Source: Promethearchaeota archaeon
GTDB taxonomy: Archaea; Asgardarchaeota; Lokiarchaeia; Sigyniarchaeales; SOKP01
Direction of reading: 5' to 3'
DNA: 52,581 bases
NCBI GenBank assembly: GCA_048938855.1
Contig: JBHLLT010000021.1
Location: 1-52,581, forward strand
Part shown: positions 40,974 through 50,350 of the stretch, piece by piece
Numbering within the stretch: position 1 is the stretch's first letter
How the letters are laid out: each line of letters begins with the position of its first letter
Notes under the pieces: generated by a model
What the model was told of the DNA's origin: nothing
Seen by the model: the letters and a program-made list of their open reading frames with translations, nothing else
Database searches by the model: none
Position numbers and translations under genes: made by a program

Positions 40974-41516
40974 TTATACTCCTACTTTTTTCAGTGCTAT
41001 TATTGGCCGTACTTTAAGTACTTTTCTATATGCCAGAATAAATGCGATTATTTGCACAAAAATAAATATAGCGCTTGTAATAACGACTGGAAGCAAATCA
41101 ACTAAAATTGTTAGTGGCAAATTGAATTCTGGTAATTGGTTTAAATAGGCAACGATTGCTGCATAATGAAACAGAACTTCAATTACAATTAAAAAGCCAA
41201 CTAAAGTTGTAAAAAAGATAATCCCCGAGACTAGGACTAGTATATCTCTATTAGTATATCCAATACATTTAAATGTCGCCCAGACACGTCGTTTTCTTGA
41301 AACAAGAATCCAAGCATATAACAATGAGAGGAATAAAGATGTTCCAAAGAAGATTAATACAAAATACCATGCTAAATCTCCAAGTTCTCCTCTAAACCCT
41401 AATCCTATAAAAAAAGATGTTAAGAATATCAAAGTTGTGTAAATTAATGTAAAAACGGTAAAAACTTTTTTCTCGCGTAAAGAAAGAAGAATTGCCTTTC
41501 TCCACATTCTCATCAT
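40974..41516 (-). CDS. Minimal FtsX-like ABC permease
   Basis: 4 TM, RKRRVWATFKCIGY (cf. RxxEIGxxKxxG), C-terminal PIIALK. Confidence 0.75.
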   Translation of the reverse strand: MMRMWRKAILLSLREKKVFTVFTLIYTTLIFLTSFFIGLGFRGELGDLAWYFVLIFFGTSLFLSLLYAWILVSRKRRVWATFKCIGYTNRDILVLVSGIIFFTTLVGFLIVIEVLFHYAAIVAYLNQLPEFNLPLTILVDLLPVVITSAIFIFVQIIAFILAYRKVLKVRPIIALKKVGV

Positions 41517-41618
41517 AATTTATGCACTTGATTTAGGAATTTTTCATTTATTATTAAATTATATTTAAATTTATAATTGATTTTATTTATTTTATTATAG
41601 CAATTTAATAATAAATAT

Positions 41619-42032
41619 TTGGTTATAATGTCTGAAGAAATTGAAGCTATTATTGATGAATTGTTAAATGCTGAGCAGAATATTTTTGGGGTTGCTATTA
41701 TAGGTAAAGATGGGAGGTTACTAACTCAGACAGAAAACTGGAATATAGCAGAAGATCTTGGTTTAATTAATGAATTACTTAACCAAAAATTAGAATTAGG
41801 CGAAAAAGGAATCAGCAGTATTATTATTCAAGGAATAAAATATATGGTTGTAGAAAACACAGAAGAAAGAAAAATTGGAACCAACATAACAGGTAAGGGA
41901 CATCTTATTATCTGTCCCGTTCCTATTGGAGGTTCTGGAGCTTTAGTATGCTATATTAATCCACAAGTTGGTCCTCGTGATTGTCTTTTTACAACACAAG
42001 AATATGCAAAAAAATTAATTGGGCTAATCTAA
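41619..42032 (+). CDS. Profilin (Loki type; likely start MSEEIE at 41628)
   Basis: GVAIIGKDG..TQTENW, IQGIKYM.VENTEERKIGTNITGKGH closely recall characterised Loki profilins. Confidence 0.92.
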   Translation: MVIMSEEIEAIIDELLNAEQNIFGVAIIGKDGRLLTQTENWNIAEDLGLINELLNQKLELGEKGISSIIIQGIKYMVVENTEERKIGTNITGKGHLIICPVPIGGSGALVCYINPQVGPRDCLFTTQEYAKKLIGLI

Positions 42033-42048
42033 TACTTTTCCTATTTTT

Positions 42049-43146
42049 TTATTCCATTGATTTCCAATATTCTTTTAAGAGATTTTTCAACATTGATTTA
42101 ATTTTTGTTATTTCATCTTTATTAGAATAAGAGGTAAAATCTAAATATTCAAAAGACGGATGTTCATAATTTTCATTTAAAAGTGATTGAATAACGGTAT
42201 AAATGCAAATAGGTAATCCTATTAAACTATATCCTCCTTCAAGAATAAAAGCTAGTTTGCCATTACATATTTCTTCAGCAATACTTAATAATTTTTCAGT
42301 GAAATTATAATATGCTTTTGATGATAAAAGGCAGTTTCCAATTGGATCAGCAAAGTACATGTCAAACCCTGCTGCCACAATAATAAGATCTGGCAAAAAT
42401 TCTCTTAGAATAGGTTCTAGAATCTTAAAACACTCTAAGAAATCATCATCAGTTGAATTAAAAGGTATCGGAAAGTTTATACTTTTTCCTAAACCTTCTC
42501 CTGCTCCTAACTCATCAATAAATCCAATTTCTCCCTCAACAAAATCATATTCATGAATTGAGAAATACAAGACAGAGGGATCATCATAAAAATATTGAAC
42601 AAGACCATCCCCAAAATGAGTATCTATGTCAATGACAGCTATTTTTTTATTATAATGCATTTTTTCGCGCAAAAATATGATTGAGCTCGCAATATTATTA
42701 AAAATGCAAAGACCGGATGCTTTCTCTCGTAATGCATGATGGCCTGGAGGCCTTATTAGTGCAATAGATTGATTAAACTCCCCTTCAATTACATTTTTAA
42801 TCCCACCTAGAGCACCACCTATTGCTTTTTTAGCTAATGCATAAGTGTCTTCAGTAACATAGATTTCATCCCCTAATAATCCATTTCCCCTACTTGAAAG
42901 CGATTTTATTGAATCAACATGATATTGTGAATGCGCTAAGTATATAATTTCTTCTTTTATATCTATAGGTTTTACTATTTTAATTCTATCATTGTTTAAA
43001 ATCCTATTCTTCTCCAAATATCCCATAATCGCTTTAATCCTTAAAGGATTTTCATATGAAAAAAAAGTTGGATATGGATAAGGTGGACTATTTTTTAACG
43101 CGAAATCATCATCATAAATTATTCCAATTATATTTTTAGACTTCAT
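42049..43146 (-). CDS. Histone deacetylase family (Zn-dependent, class II-like) protein
   Basis: ENP.RI, RPPGHHA, GLCIFNN, DIDTHFGDG, AGFD..DP.G, LEGGY. Confidence 0.93.
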   Translation of the reverse strand: MKSKNIIGIIYDDDFALKNSPPYPYPTFFSYENPLRIKAIMGYLEKNRILNNDRIKIVKPIDIKEEIIYLAHSQYHVDSIKSLSSRGNGLLGDEIYVTEDTYALAKKAIGGALGGIKNVIEGEFNQSIALIRPPGHHALREKASGLCIFNNIASSIIFLREKMHYNKKIAVIDIDTHFGDGLVQYFYDDPSVLYFSIHEYDFVEGEIGFIDELGAGEGLGKSINFPIPFNSTDDDFLECFKILEPILREFLPDLIIVAAGFDMYFADPIGNCLLSSKAYYNFTEKLLSIAEEICNGKLAFILEGGYSLIGLPICIYTVIQSLLNENYEHPSFEYLDFTSYSNKDEITKIKSMLKNLLKEYWKSME

Positions 43147-43254
43147 TGTTAAATGAAAAATATAGAATAATACCTAAATTATTATAATAACAATTACATA
43201 CATTTATTTTAAATAAATTTGAATTTTTAAAAATACAAAAATGGTGTTATTATT

Positions 43255-45471
43255 TTGGCAGCTTTCGAAGTTATTTTTACGATCTTATTAAATGCTCTTC
43301 CTATACTATTACTATTTATTCCCTTATTCTTTATATGGAAAAAAACTTTTGGTAAATTGTATCTAAGAATAATTTTGGGTATTACAGTATTTTATACTAT
43401 CTATTGGATTCTCCCTATAATATTTCAATTTGGAGAAACTCCGGACGAGTTAGGTGTACCTGTTTCAGAAGAAGGCAACATCGCATATGGAATCGGTTAT
43501 ATTTTTGCGCATTTGGGATCATTAATTGCACAATTTTTTTCATACCCAATAGTTACGCTACCTTTTATATTTTTAATCGCTCCTTTTATTTCAGTAATCC
43601 TTTTTTGGAACAGACTAAGGAAAGAAGATGGTACAATAAAATCAAATTTGGAGCATGTAAGTTATGAATTAAAAGAAAGTCCTTTAGAACAAACTAAAAA
43701 GGCTTTAATAAGAAATAACTGGTCTCGTGAGAAGCAAATTCTGAAATTAATGATCGTATTACTACCAATTTCACTATATTTGATGCAAGTTATCCTTCAA
43801 ATTTCTGGTTTAACAGCAGAAACACTAACTTCTGGGACGACTGCTTTAGGATGGTTCTTAGAAATATTGTTTGTCTATTTAGCAATCTTTATTTTTAGCG
43901 TTGAAATACTTTTCTCTAGTCAAGTCGCTTTAAAAGGAAGATTTTTTGGTGAACAGATAAGAGAACAAACTTATAAAAGCCTATATACGATAGGAACACC
44001 AATGTCAGTGTTTTCAGTTATATTATTTGCAATACTCTATGTAGATTCAATCTCTATAGTCATTTATTTTTTTGCGTATTTCATAATGGCATCAGTGATA
44101 TTTATATTATTTATTGACATCTTTGAACCAATTTCCATTTTAATTTTTATAAAAGTAATTGATTGGTGGAAACATAGAAAATCTCGGAAGGTCAGAACCA
44201 AGAATTTTTACTATATATTAATCTTTGGAGCTTTAGCACTGGTATCTTACTTCATTATAAATTTGGTTCTGACTAGTTTTGTATATGCCCCTCTATTCGG
44301 CGAACCAGGATCACCAGAAGAATTAGCGATCTATAACGCAGGAGCATATGCAGCTGTCGATCCAACTCTCTCTCTAATTCTTCAATATGATCTACTAATT
44401 ATTTACGGAATAATTATAACAGAAATTATCCCTGCATTGATTTTGACATTATTTCTCGCTTATGGATTAAAATTCTTAAAAAGTAAAGGACTAGGTATAT
44501 CTATTTATTTGCCTATAATCTTAGTACTCTCAATTATTATTATTATAGGGAGTGGAAACATTTATTGGTTAACCGGAAAAACTAGTTATACCAGAGTCTT
44601 TGGGTTTGATTTCTACACTTTAAGATCAGCCAGTTTAAATGCTGAATTAACAGATTTCTTGTATATATTAGCGGCACCATATCTGTATACACGGTACGTC
44701 TTTAACATAATACTCTGGAGTTTAATTATCTTCTATTTTAGAAAAAAGTTTAGAGTTAAAAATATCAATTTAGATGAACAACATATAAAGAAAATTATAT
44801 ATTCTACTGTTAAAGATTTTCCTATTTTTGAAGATTACGCTAAGAATGAAGATGAATATTTAATCTCTAGGCGCGAAGATATTGAATTAGAATACATTGA
44901 TAAAGAGCGAGAAGAAATAAAAAGCATCATGCAAAAAATAGGAGATAACATGTTACTTGAAGAATTAAAACCTGATGATGAAAACGAGATGAAACGGTTT
45001 TATTTTACCCTAAGATATCTTTATAACAACGGTTTAGTTTATATATTTAAACCTGAAGCAAGTTATGTGTTTGAACCAGTTGAAAAACAAGGTCTTTACA
45101 TTATTTATGATGATGGAAGAGGAGTGTATAACTATGCTTTTAAAAGCGATGCTGAACAGGATCCGGGGCTTGTATCGGGAATGTTTTCTGCAATAACTTC
45201 ATTTGTTAAAGAAATGACAAAATCTACAGAAGCTCTGAAAAAAATTGATCATGGAGATATCACTATTCTATTAGAATATGGAGACCGAATTTTTGGAGCT
45301 TTATTTATCAAAGGAAATCAAACTACTGAAGTTAGGACACCCTTAAAAGAATTTGTAAAGAAATTTGAAGCTCAATACGCTGAAGCTTTAAAAAATTGGA
45401 CGGGTTCACTTGCATTGTTTAAAAAAGATCTAAATGATAAGTTAGTAGAAGATATGTTTAAGGAAGAATAA
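43255..45471 (+). CDS. Polytopic membrane protein with cytosolic winged-helix-like and C-terminal longin-like domains
   Basis: More than 10 TM segments, then soluble tail GLYIIYDDGR...DPGLVSGMFSAITSFVKE...LKEFVKKFE..Y...L..W.G. Confidence 0.7.
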   Translation: MAAFEVIFTILLNALPILLLFIPLFFIWKKTFGKLYLRIILGITVFYTIYWILPIIFQFGETPDELGVPVSEEGNIAYGIGYIFAHLGSLIAQFFSYPIVTLPFIFLIAPFISVILFWNRLRKEDGTIKSNLEHVSYELKESPLEQTKKALIRNNWSREKQILKLMIVLLPISLYLMQVILQISGLTAETLTSGTTALGWFLEILFVYLAIFIFSVEILFSSQVALKGRFFGEQIREQTYKSLYTIGTPMSVFSVILFAILYVDSISIVIYFFAYFIMASVIFILFIDIFEPISILIFIKVIDWWKHRKSRKVRTKNFYYILIFGALALVSYFIINLVLTSFVYAPLFGEPGSPEELAIYNAGAYAAVDPTLSLILQYDLLIIYGIIITEIIPALILTLFLAYGLKFLKSKGLGISIYLPIILVLSIIIIIGSGNIYWLTGKTSYTRVFGFDFYTLRSASLNAELTDFLYILAAPYLYTRYVFNIILWSLIIFYFRKKFRVKNINLDEQHIKKIIYSTVKDFPIFEDYAKNEDEYLISRREDIELEYIDKEREEIKSIMQKIGDNMLLEELKPDDENEMKRFYFTLRYLYNNGLVYIFKPEASYVFEPVEKQGLYIIYDDGRGVYNYAFKSDAEQDPGLVSGMFSAITSFVKEMTKSTEALKKIDHGDITILLEYGDRIFGALFIKGNQTTEVRTPLKEFVKKFEAQYAEALKNWTGSLALFKKDLNDKLVEDMFKEE

Positions 45472-45489
45472 CATTTTTTTCTCTTTTAT

Positions 45490-45951
45490 TTAATCTCCAA
45501 ATACTGATTTTATTCGATCTTCAATCTTTAATCTTAAATCTCCAAGAATTTCATTAATACGAAAATTAAAATCCTTAAAATATTTGGACTTTTTTTTAAA
45601 AATATCATTTAGAGGATAGCGTTTAAGAAATTGTAATATTATTTCCTTCAAATGTTGCTTTACAAAAGTATGATCTGTTCCTTTTTCAATGATAGCATAT
45701 GACAATAATGGTTGAGTTTTTGTGTCTTTATTACCTGGAAAATCAACCATTTTAAAATAGCATACAATTTCAAAATTTAGAAGTGAGATAACATTAATCT
45801 TATCTCCAAATACTTCAGTGAAACAACTTTTCAATCCACTCAGAAATTTTGCCCTAATATCAGGATCTAATATATTATCAGAAGAGGAATAATACTTAAC
45901 CTCAACTAAATTTTTCATACCTAGATTAATGCCGACTTCTAAAACTGCCAT
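45490..45951 (-). CDS. Stand-alone longin-like domain protein
   Basis: LDPDIRAKFLSGL...LLSYAIIEK; paralogous to 25399-25854. Confidence 0.55.
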   Translation of the reverse strand: MAVLEVGINLGMKNLVEVKYYSSSDNILDPDIRAKFLSGLKSCFTEVFGDKINVISLLNFEIVCYFKMVDFPGNKDTKTQPLLSYAIIEKGTDHTFVKQHLKEIILQFLKRYPLNDIFKKKSKYFKDFNFRINEILGDLRLKIEDRIKSVFGD

Positions 45952-46060
45952 TTTTCAAAAATAAAGAATTTTTCTATTATTTTTCTTATATAATAATTTT
46001 CTTCTATAATAATTTTAATTTTTTTTATAGACATGCGATTATTAATTATTAAATAAAAAT

Positions 46061-46864
46061 TTATTCTGTGAATGTAGCTACAGCTCGAACCCAGCCAGCA
46101 CTTGCTCTAGCAATTTTTATTGGGAAACAATAAATTGTTGCACCTATAGCAGGAACTTTGTCTAAATTTATCATTTTTTCCATCTGAAAATATCCAAGTT
46201 CTATTCCTGCAAAATGACCTTCCCAAATGATAGAGGTATCTGGTTGCTTTTCTCTCAAAGAGCTTTTCCATTTTTTAACAGTTATAGTAAAAGGAGCATC
46301 CCAAGACCAAGCATCTATCCCTACGACGTGAACTCCTTGTCTAATAATGTGTAACGTGGCTTCTTTTCCCACTCCTACTCCATGATTTACATAATCATTT
46401 GTACCATAGAATTTTGGAGCATTAGTATGTATGCATAATATATCTCCTTCACTTAATTCGTGTTCAATGCTACTTAATTTATCATCTATATCATCAGGAG
46501 TCATAACATATCCTTCTTCATAATCAGTACAATCTAATACAATAAGAGGACCAATACCCCATTCTAATGGAAAATCATCTATGGTCATTGCCTTCTTCAG
46601 TTCATTTTCTTTATCTTGTACTGGTGCATAGTGCCAAGGAGCATCCATATGTGTTCCACTATGTGTTCCTAAGGTTATAAATTCTTGTGACCATCCCTTT
46701 CCCTCAGGTAAGTGTCTTTCAGGTTTTAATCTTGGAAAAATAAATCCCATCTGTAATGCTCCTTCTTCATGAGAAGCATATTCAATTTTAGGCTGTGTTA
46801 ATGGAGGATCGAATACAGCTTCCTCAGGATTTATAATTGGTATACTTAAATCGATATATTTCAT
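46061..46864 (-). CDS. Cyclase / kynurenine formamidase-like metal hydrolase
   Basis: HSGTHMDAPWH, VGIDAWS.D, E...NL, P.KI..AS...RAVA. Confidence 0.9.
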   Translation of the reverse strand: MKYIDLSIPIINPEEAVFDPPLTQPKIEYASHEEGALQMGFIFPRLKPERHLPEGKGWSQEFITLGTHSGTHMDAPWHYAPVQDKENELKKAMTIDDFPLEWGIGPLIVLDCTDYEEGYVMTPDDIDDKLSSIEHELSEGDILCIHTNAPKFYGTNDYVNHGVGVGKEATLHIIRQGVHVVGIDAWSWDAPFTITVKKWKSSLREKQPDTSIIWEGHFAGIELGYFQMEKMINLDKVPAIGATIYCFPIKIARASAGWVRAVATFTE

Positions 46865-46991
46865 AATATTTTCTATATTTCTTACTAATTAAAAGTTTGA
46901 TTTATGATATAAAAGAGAGAAAGATATTAGCTATCTAGCAGGTTGGAATAAAATCAATATTACTACTTTACATTTTTTACTTTTTTGTTAT

Positions 46992-48575
46992 TCAAAAATT
47001 ATACTTTTTTTGCTTTTCAGGCAAAATTACCTTTCCTAATAAACCTAATTCTTCAAATGTTTCTGGATGTTCAGTATGGATCGGAATTATATTGTCAGCA
47101 TTTACTTTTTGAAGAGCCTCTATGAGATCATCTACACTACAATGTCCTGAAGAATGAATAGTCTCAGTTTTTAATATTCCAAATCTTTTTAACCATGCAT
47201 CAAGTTTATCTTCCTTTATCTCCATCTCTTCAGTAAAAGGATCAGTCGTGGAATTGATATATATCACTCTGTTTGGTTCCTGGTTTAAATCAATTAGTTC
47301 TCCTACCATATAGTAATCTAAATATAGAAGATACCTTTCAGGTTCTTTTTGTATATCTCTATAAGTAATGTAATCAACATTGTCAAAAATTAACTTCTGA
47401 TATCCTTTATAATCCATACTCTCAAATTTTCCCCAACCCTTTCTTGGTAAATAAATTTTGAAATATTCATCGTTAAATTCAGGAAAGTTATAATCATTAT
47501 AAAAATCTTGAATGGTTTTTTCTTCCATATTATCCAATTTTAATCTAAAGCTATCTATTAAAAGAAATGTTTGTGGAGTGACTGCAAATATTCTGTCATA
47601 TTTCCTCGCCAAATTATAGTATAGTAAAATTCGATCTAGATTTCTCGTGGGAAAATTGACAACTAGTAATCCAGGATGCCTTCTTATCACATCTCTTGAA
47701 CGAGATTCCACATCTCTTTCAGTTTGATCTTCACTCTTATAGATTCTACTTTTAAAATCTTTAATCTCTGGCATTCTTGTTCCCTCAGTAATAATTACAA
47801 TTGGATTAGATTTATGGGCGTGTTCTAAAAATTTATCAACCCAACTACTGTGAAATCCATGTCTTCTAAAATCCCCAGTATAAACAATACTTCTACCATC
47901 ATGTTCGAAGATATAAGCACAAGCTCCTGGAACGGAATGATCAACTGTAAATTGAGTAATTACTACTTCTCCATTAGATGTGTTGAAAAGATAGGGCTTT
48001 TCTTTATCCATTATATTAATTTCTCTTCTAATTTCATTAGCTTTATAATCTGGTTTTTTTGCACGCTTATATTGAATTTCTCCTTCTTTAGGTTGCTTTT
48101 TCTTTGGAACCAGTTTGAATAATTCATAAAAGTTCAGTATTTCGGGAATTAAAGGATCCAGAGAGGTATTAGACAGATAATCTATAATTGTTTCTGTGAT
48201 CCAATTCATATAAATTGGAGTCTTCTGCTTTAAAAAGCCAAGGAATTTATAATGATCCATATGAGCATGAGTAAGAAACGCAGCTTCAATTAAATTGCCA
48301 TTAGAATTAAGGATTTTGAAAGGTTCTTTTTCTAAAACTGTCTTAAAAGGTTCAACATAATCATTCCTATAAAAATTATTTAATGGGGGAATCAATCCTA
48401 AGTATAAATAATCTATAATTCCATTAAACTTACGTGGACTTAAAAATTCTGAAAAATATTGACCACTATCATTAAAAGAAAGCCCAAAATCAAAGAGAAA
48501 TTTTTTATCTCCAGCTCTTAAAAAGACTTTATTACCACCAATCTCATTTATCCCACCAAATATTTCTATTTCCAT
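46992..48575 (-). CDS. Metallo-beta-lactamase / beta-CASP ribonuclease (RNase J-like)
   Basis: GGINEIGGN, THAHMDH, DHS, YTGD, EGT, HSSGH, PIHTEH. Confidence 0.88.
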   Translation of the reverse strand: MEIEIFGGINEIGGNKVFLRAGDKKFLFDFGLSFNDSGQYFSEFLSPRKFNGIIDYLYLGLIPPLNNFYRNDYVEPFKTVLEKEPFKILNSNGNLIEAAFLTHAHMDHYKFLGFLKQKTPIYMNWITETIIDYLSNTSLDPLIPEILNFYELFKLVPKKKQPKEGEIQYKRAKKPDYKANEIRREINIMDKEKPYLFNTSNGEVVITQFTVDHSVPGACAYIFEHDGRSIVYTGDFRRHGFHSSWVDKFLEHAHKSNPIVIITEGTRMPEIKDFKSRIYKSEDQTERDVESRSRDVIRRHPGLLVVNFPTRNLDRILLYYNLARKYDRIFAVTPQTFLLIDSFRLKLDNMEEKTIQDFYNDYNFPEFNDEYFKIYLPRKGWGKFESMDYKGYQKLIFDNVDYITYRDIQKEPERYLLYLDYYMVGELIDLNQEPNRVIYINSTTDPFTEEMEIKEDKLDAWLKRFGILKTETIHSSGHCSVDDLIEALQKVNADNIIPIHTEHPETFEELGLLGKVILPEKQKKYNF

Positions 48576-48608
48576 TGAAATCTCACATTAATTTTTTAGT
48601 ATCTTAAT

Positions 48609-49682
48609 TTAATTAAGATTTTTTCTCTTACCCTCAAGTATTGCCATTCCCATTTCTAAAACCCGATTAAAAGGTTCTTCTCCATTTTCTCTTAGCTGTA
48701 AAGTTATTGCTTCTTCAGGGCAAAATGTGGCACATAAACCACATCCAAGACATTTTTCTCTTTTTACAACAGCATGTTCGTTTAGCGTTATTGCTCCCAC
48801 AGGGCAACGTTCTAAACAAGTTCCGCAATTAACACAGAGTTCTTTATCTATAATTGATTCAAACATAGCATTAAAAAACTTATGTTTATCAAGTCCTTTT
48901 TTTGTAATTCCTTTCATTGAAGCGCAACAGCAAGGACAACAATTACAAATGTTTGAAAGATGTTTAGAATTAGCACCTGCGTGTACTAAACCAGCTTTGT
49001 CAGCTTCCTCAATGATTTTTATCGCCTCATCAGCAGATATTTTACGTCCAATACCATTTTCAATATAATATTCGGCAGCTATTCCAAAACTTAGACATGT
49101 TTCAATGGGAAAGTTGCATCCTTCTCCATTCAATCTGGCTTCTTTTCGACATATACAATCTGTTACAGAAATCACTCGTGCATTCTTAATACTATCTCTC
49201 AATTTATGATATGGATAAAGTGTAGTATTAGACTCAATTACTTCTTCGAGAGGGATTACCTTAAATCCCGGTACATCGCTAATTCCCATTTCTTTTTGAT
49301 ACGCTATATCATAATATTCCTTAAAATATTTAGCAAGCTCGGTATCCACTTTTTTAACAGAATATTCATATAATCCAATCATGAAGGGTATAGCATTAAA
49401 TAAAACTTCAGTATTTCTTCGTGTTCGAAACACCAATCCTTTCTTTGCCATAGATTCTAGCTTATCTTCTAAATAATTAACATCTATTGCGGTTCTTTTA
49501 GCAATTTGACTTGCTGATTCAGGAATATGGGTTAATTTAATTGCTATATGTGCTTCCTCTTCAGTATAAAGCCTCTTTAGAATTTTAATCTCCACGCCGG
49601 ATGGAGATTTGGGGTACCCTAAAGGGAACTGATCCAGGAACTCTCTTAACTGTAAAAAAACATCATCAGTCATTACAATCAT
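48609..49682 (-). CDS. 4Fe-4S binding protein with N-terminal winged helix
   Basis: LESMAKKGLV, CICR, ICNCCPCCC, CVNCGTCLERCP, CLGCGLCATFCP. Confidence 0.88.
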   Translation of the reverse strand: MIVMTDDVFLQLREFLDQFPLGYPKSPSGVEIKILKRLYTEEEAHIAIKLTHIPESASQIAKRTAIDVNYLEDKLESMAKKGLVFRTRRNTEVLFNAIPFMIGLYEYSVKKVDTELAKYFKEYYDIAYQKEMGISDVPGFKVIPLEEVIESNTTLYPYHKLRDSIKNARVISVTDCICRKEARLNGEGCNFPIETCLSFGIAAEYYIENGIGRKISADEAIKIIEEADKAGLVHAGANSKHLSNICNCCPCCCASMKGITKKGLDKHKFFNAMFESIIDKELCVNCGTCLERCPVGAITLNEHAVVKREKCLGCGLCATFCPEEAITLQLRENGEEPFNRVLEMGMAILEGKRKNLN

Positions 49683-50059
49683 TCAGTAATTATTTTGATT
49701 AAAAAAAAATCTTTTTATTTGTTAAAAAATACAGAAATTTTAACCCTAATTGACACTTGGAATTACTCGTAAAAATGAGAGTCGATCTTACCGTACTAAA
49801 GAATTCCGTAACCTTAAAAGAAATAAAGGAACAACTAAATGAGACCGCTCTTAATGGATTTGAATTAAGTTATCCAAATTCTGCGTTAATTTCTGCCAAT
49901 CCGATTCTGCTAGCGAAGATTTCGTTTATAAAGAAATAATATTTATATTTCTTAAATTCAGATGCTCAATTTATCTTTTCATCCGATTTTTCATTAAATC
50001 TTACCTCATGTAATTTTTTGCTGGTAATTTTTATTGTCTTATAATACTTAGATTATTCT

Positions 50060-50266
50060 ATGGAAAAAGATCAATTAAAGCCAATTCTAGTAACAACTGA
50101 TAATGAAACTTTTTTCTATGATTATATTAAAAACAACTTTGCTGAATACTTATTTTTTCATGTTGACTATGCTCAATATCCTAAAAATACTAAAATATAT
50201 CTAGCGTTAGATACTGAAGAAAAAATTCAAGGAATGGTCTTAATCTGGAAAAACCTATTTTTTTAA
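50060..50266 (+). pseudogene. Probable truncated N-terminal fragment of a GNAT-like protein
   Basis: 68 aa protein-like ORF that stops in a T run just after a beta-hairpin (KIYLAL..IQGMVLIW). Confidence 0.35.
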
Positions 50267-50350
50267 TATATTAGAGATTGCGACAAAAATGTTATATATT
50301 TAGGCATAATTTTTTTACTTACTTGTCTATAATTTTTAGGCGAAAACAAA

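Noticed and set aside
42049-43146. HDAC as evidence of eukaryote-like chromatin regulation or of a link to profilin
   Set aside because: The family is widespread in prokaryotes as acetylpolyamine/protein deacetylases; convergent orientation gives no functional link
1516-49068. Many 60-130 aa ORFs antisense to or nested in long genes (e.g. 1516-1749, 3003-3332, 40750-41148, 48727-49068)
   Set aside because: Shadow ORFs overlapping well-supported genes, with no motifs of their own
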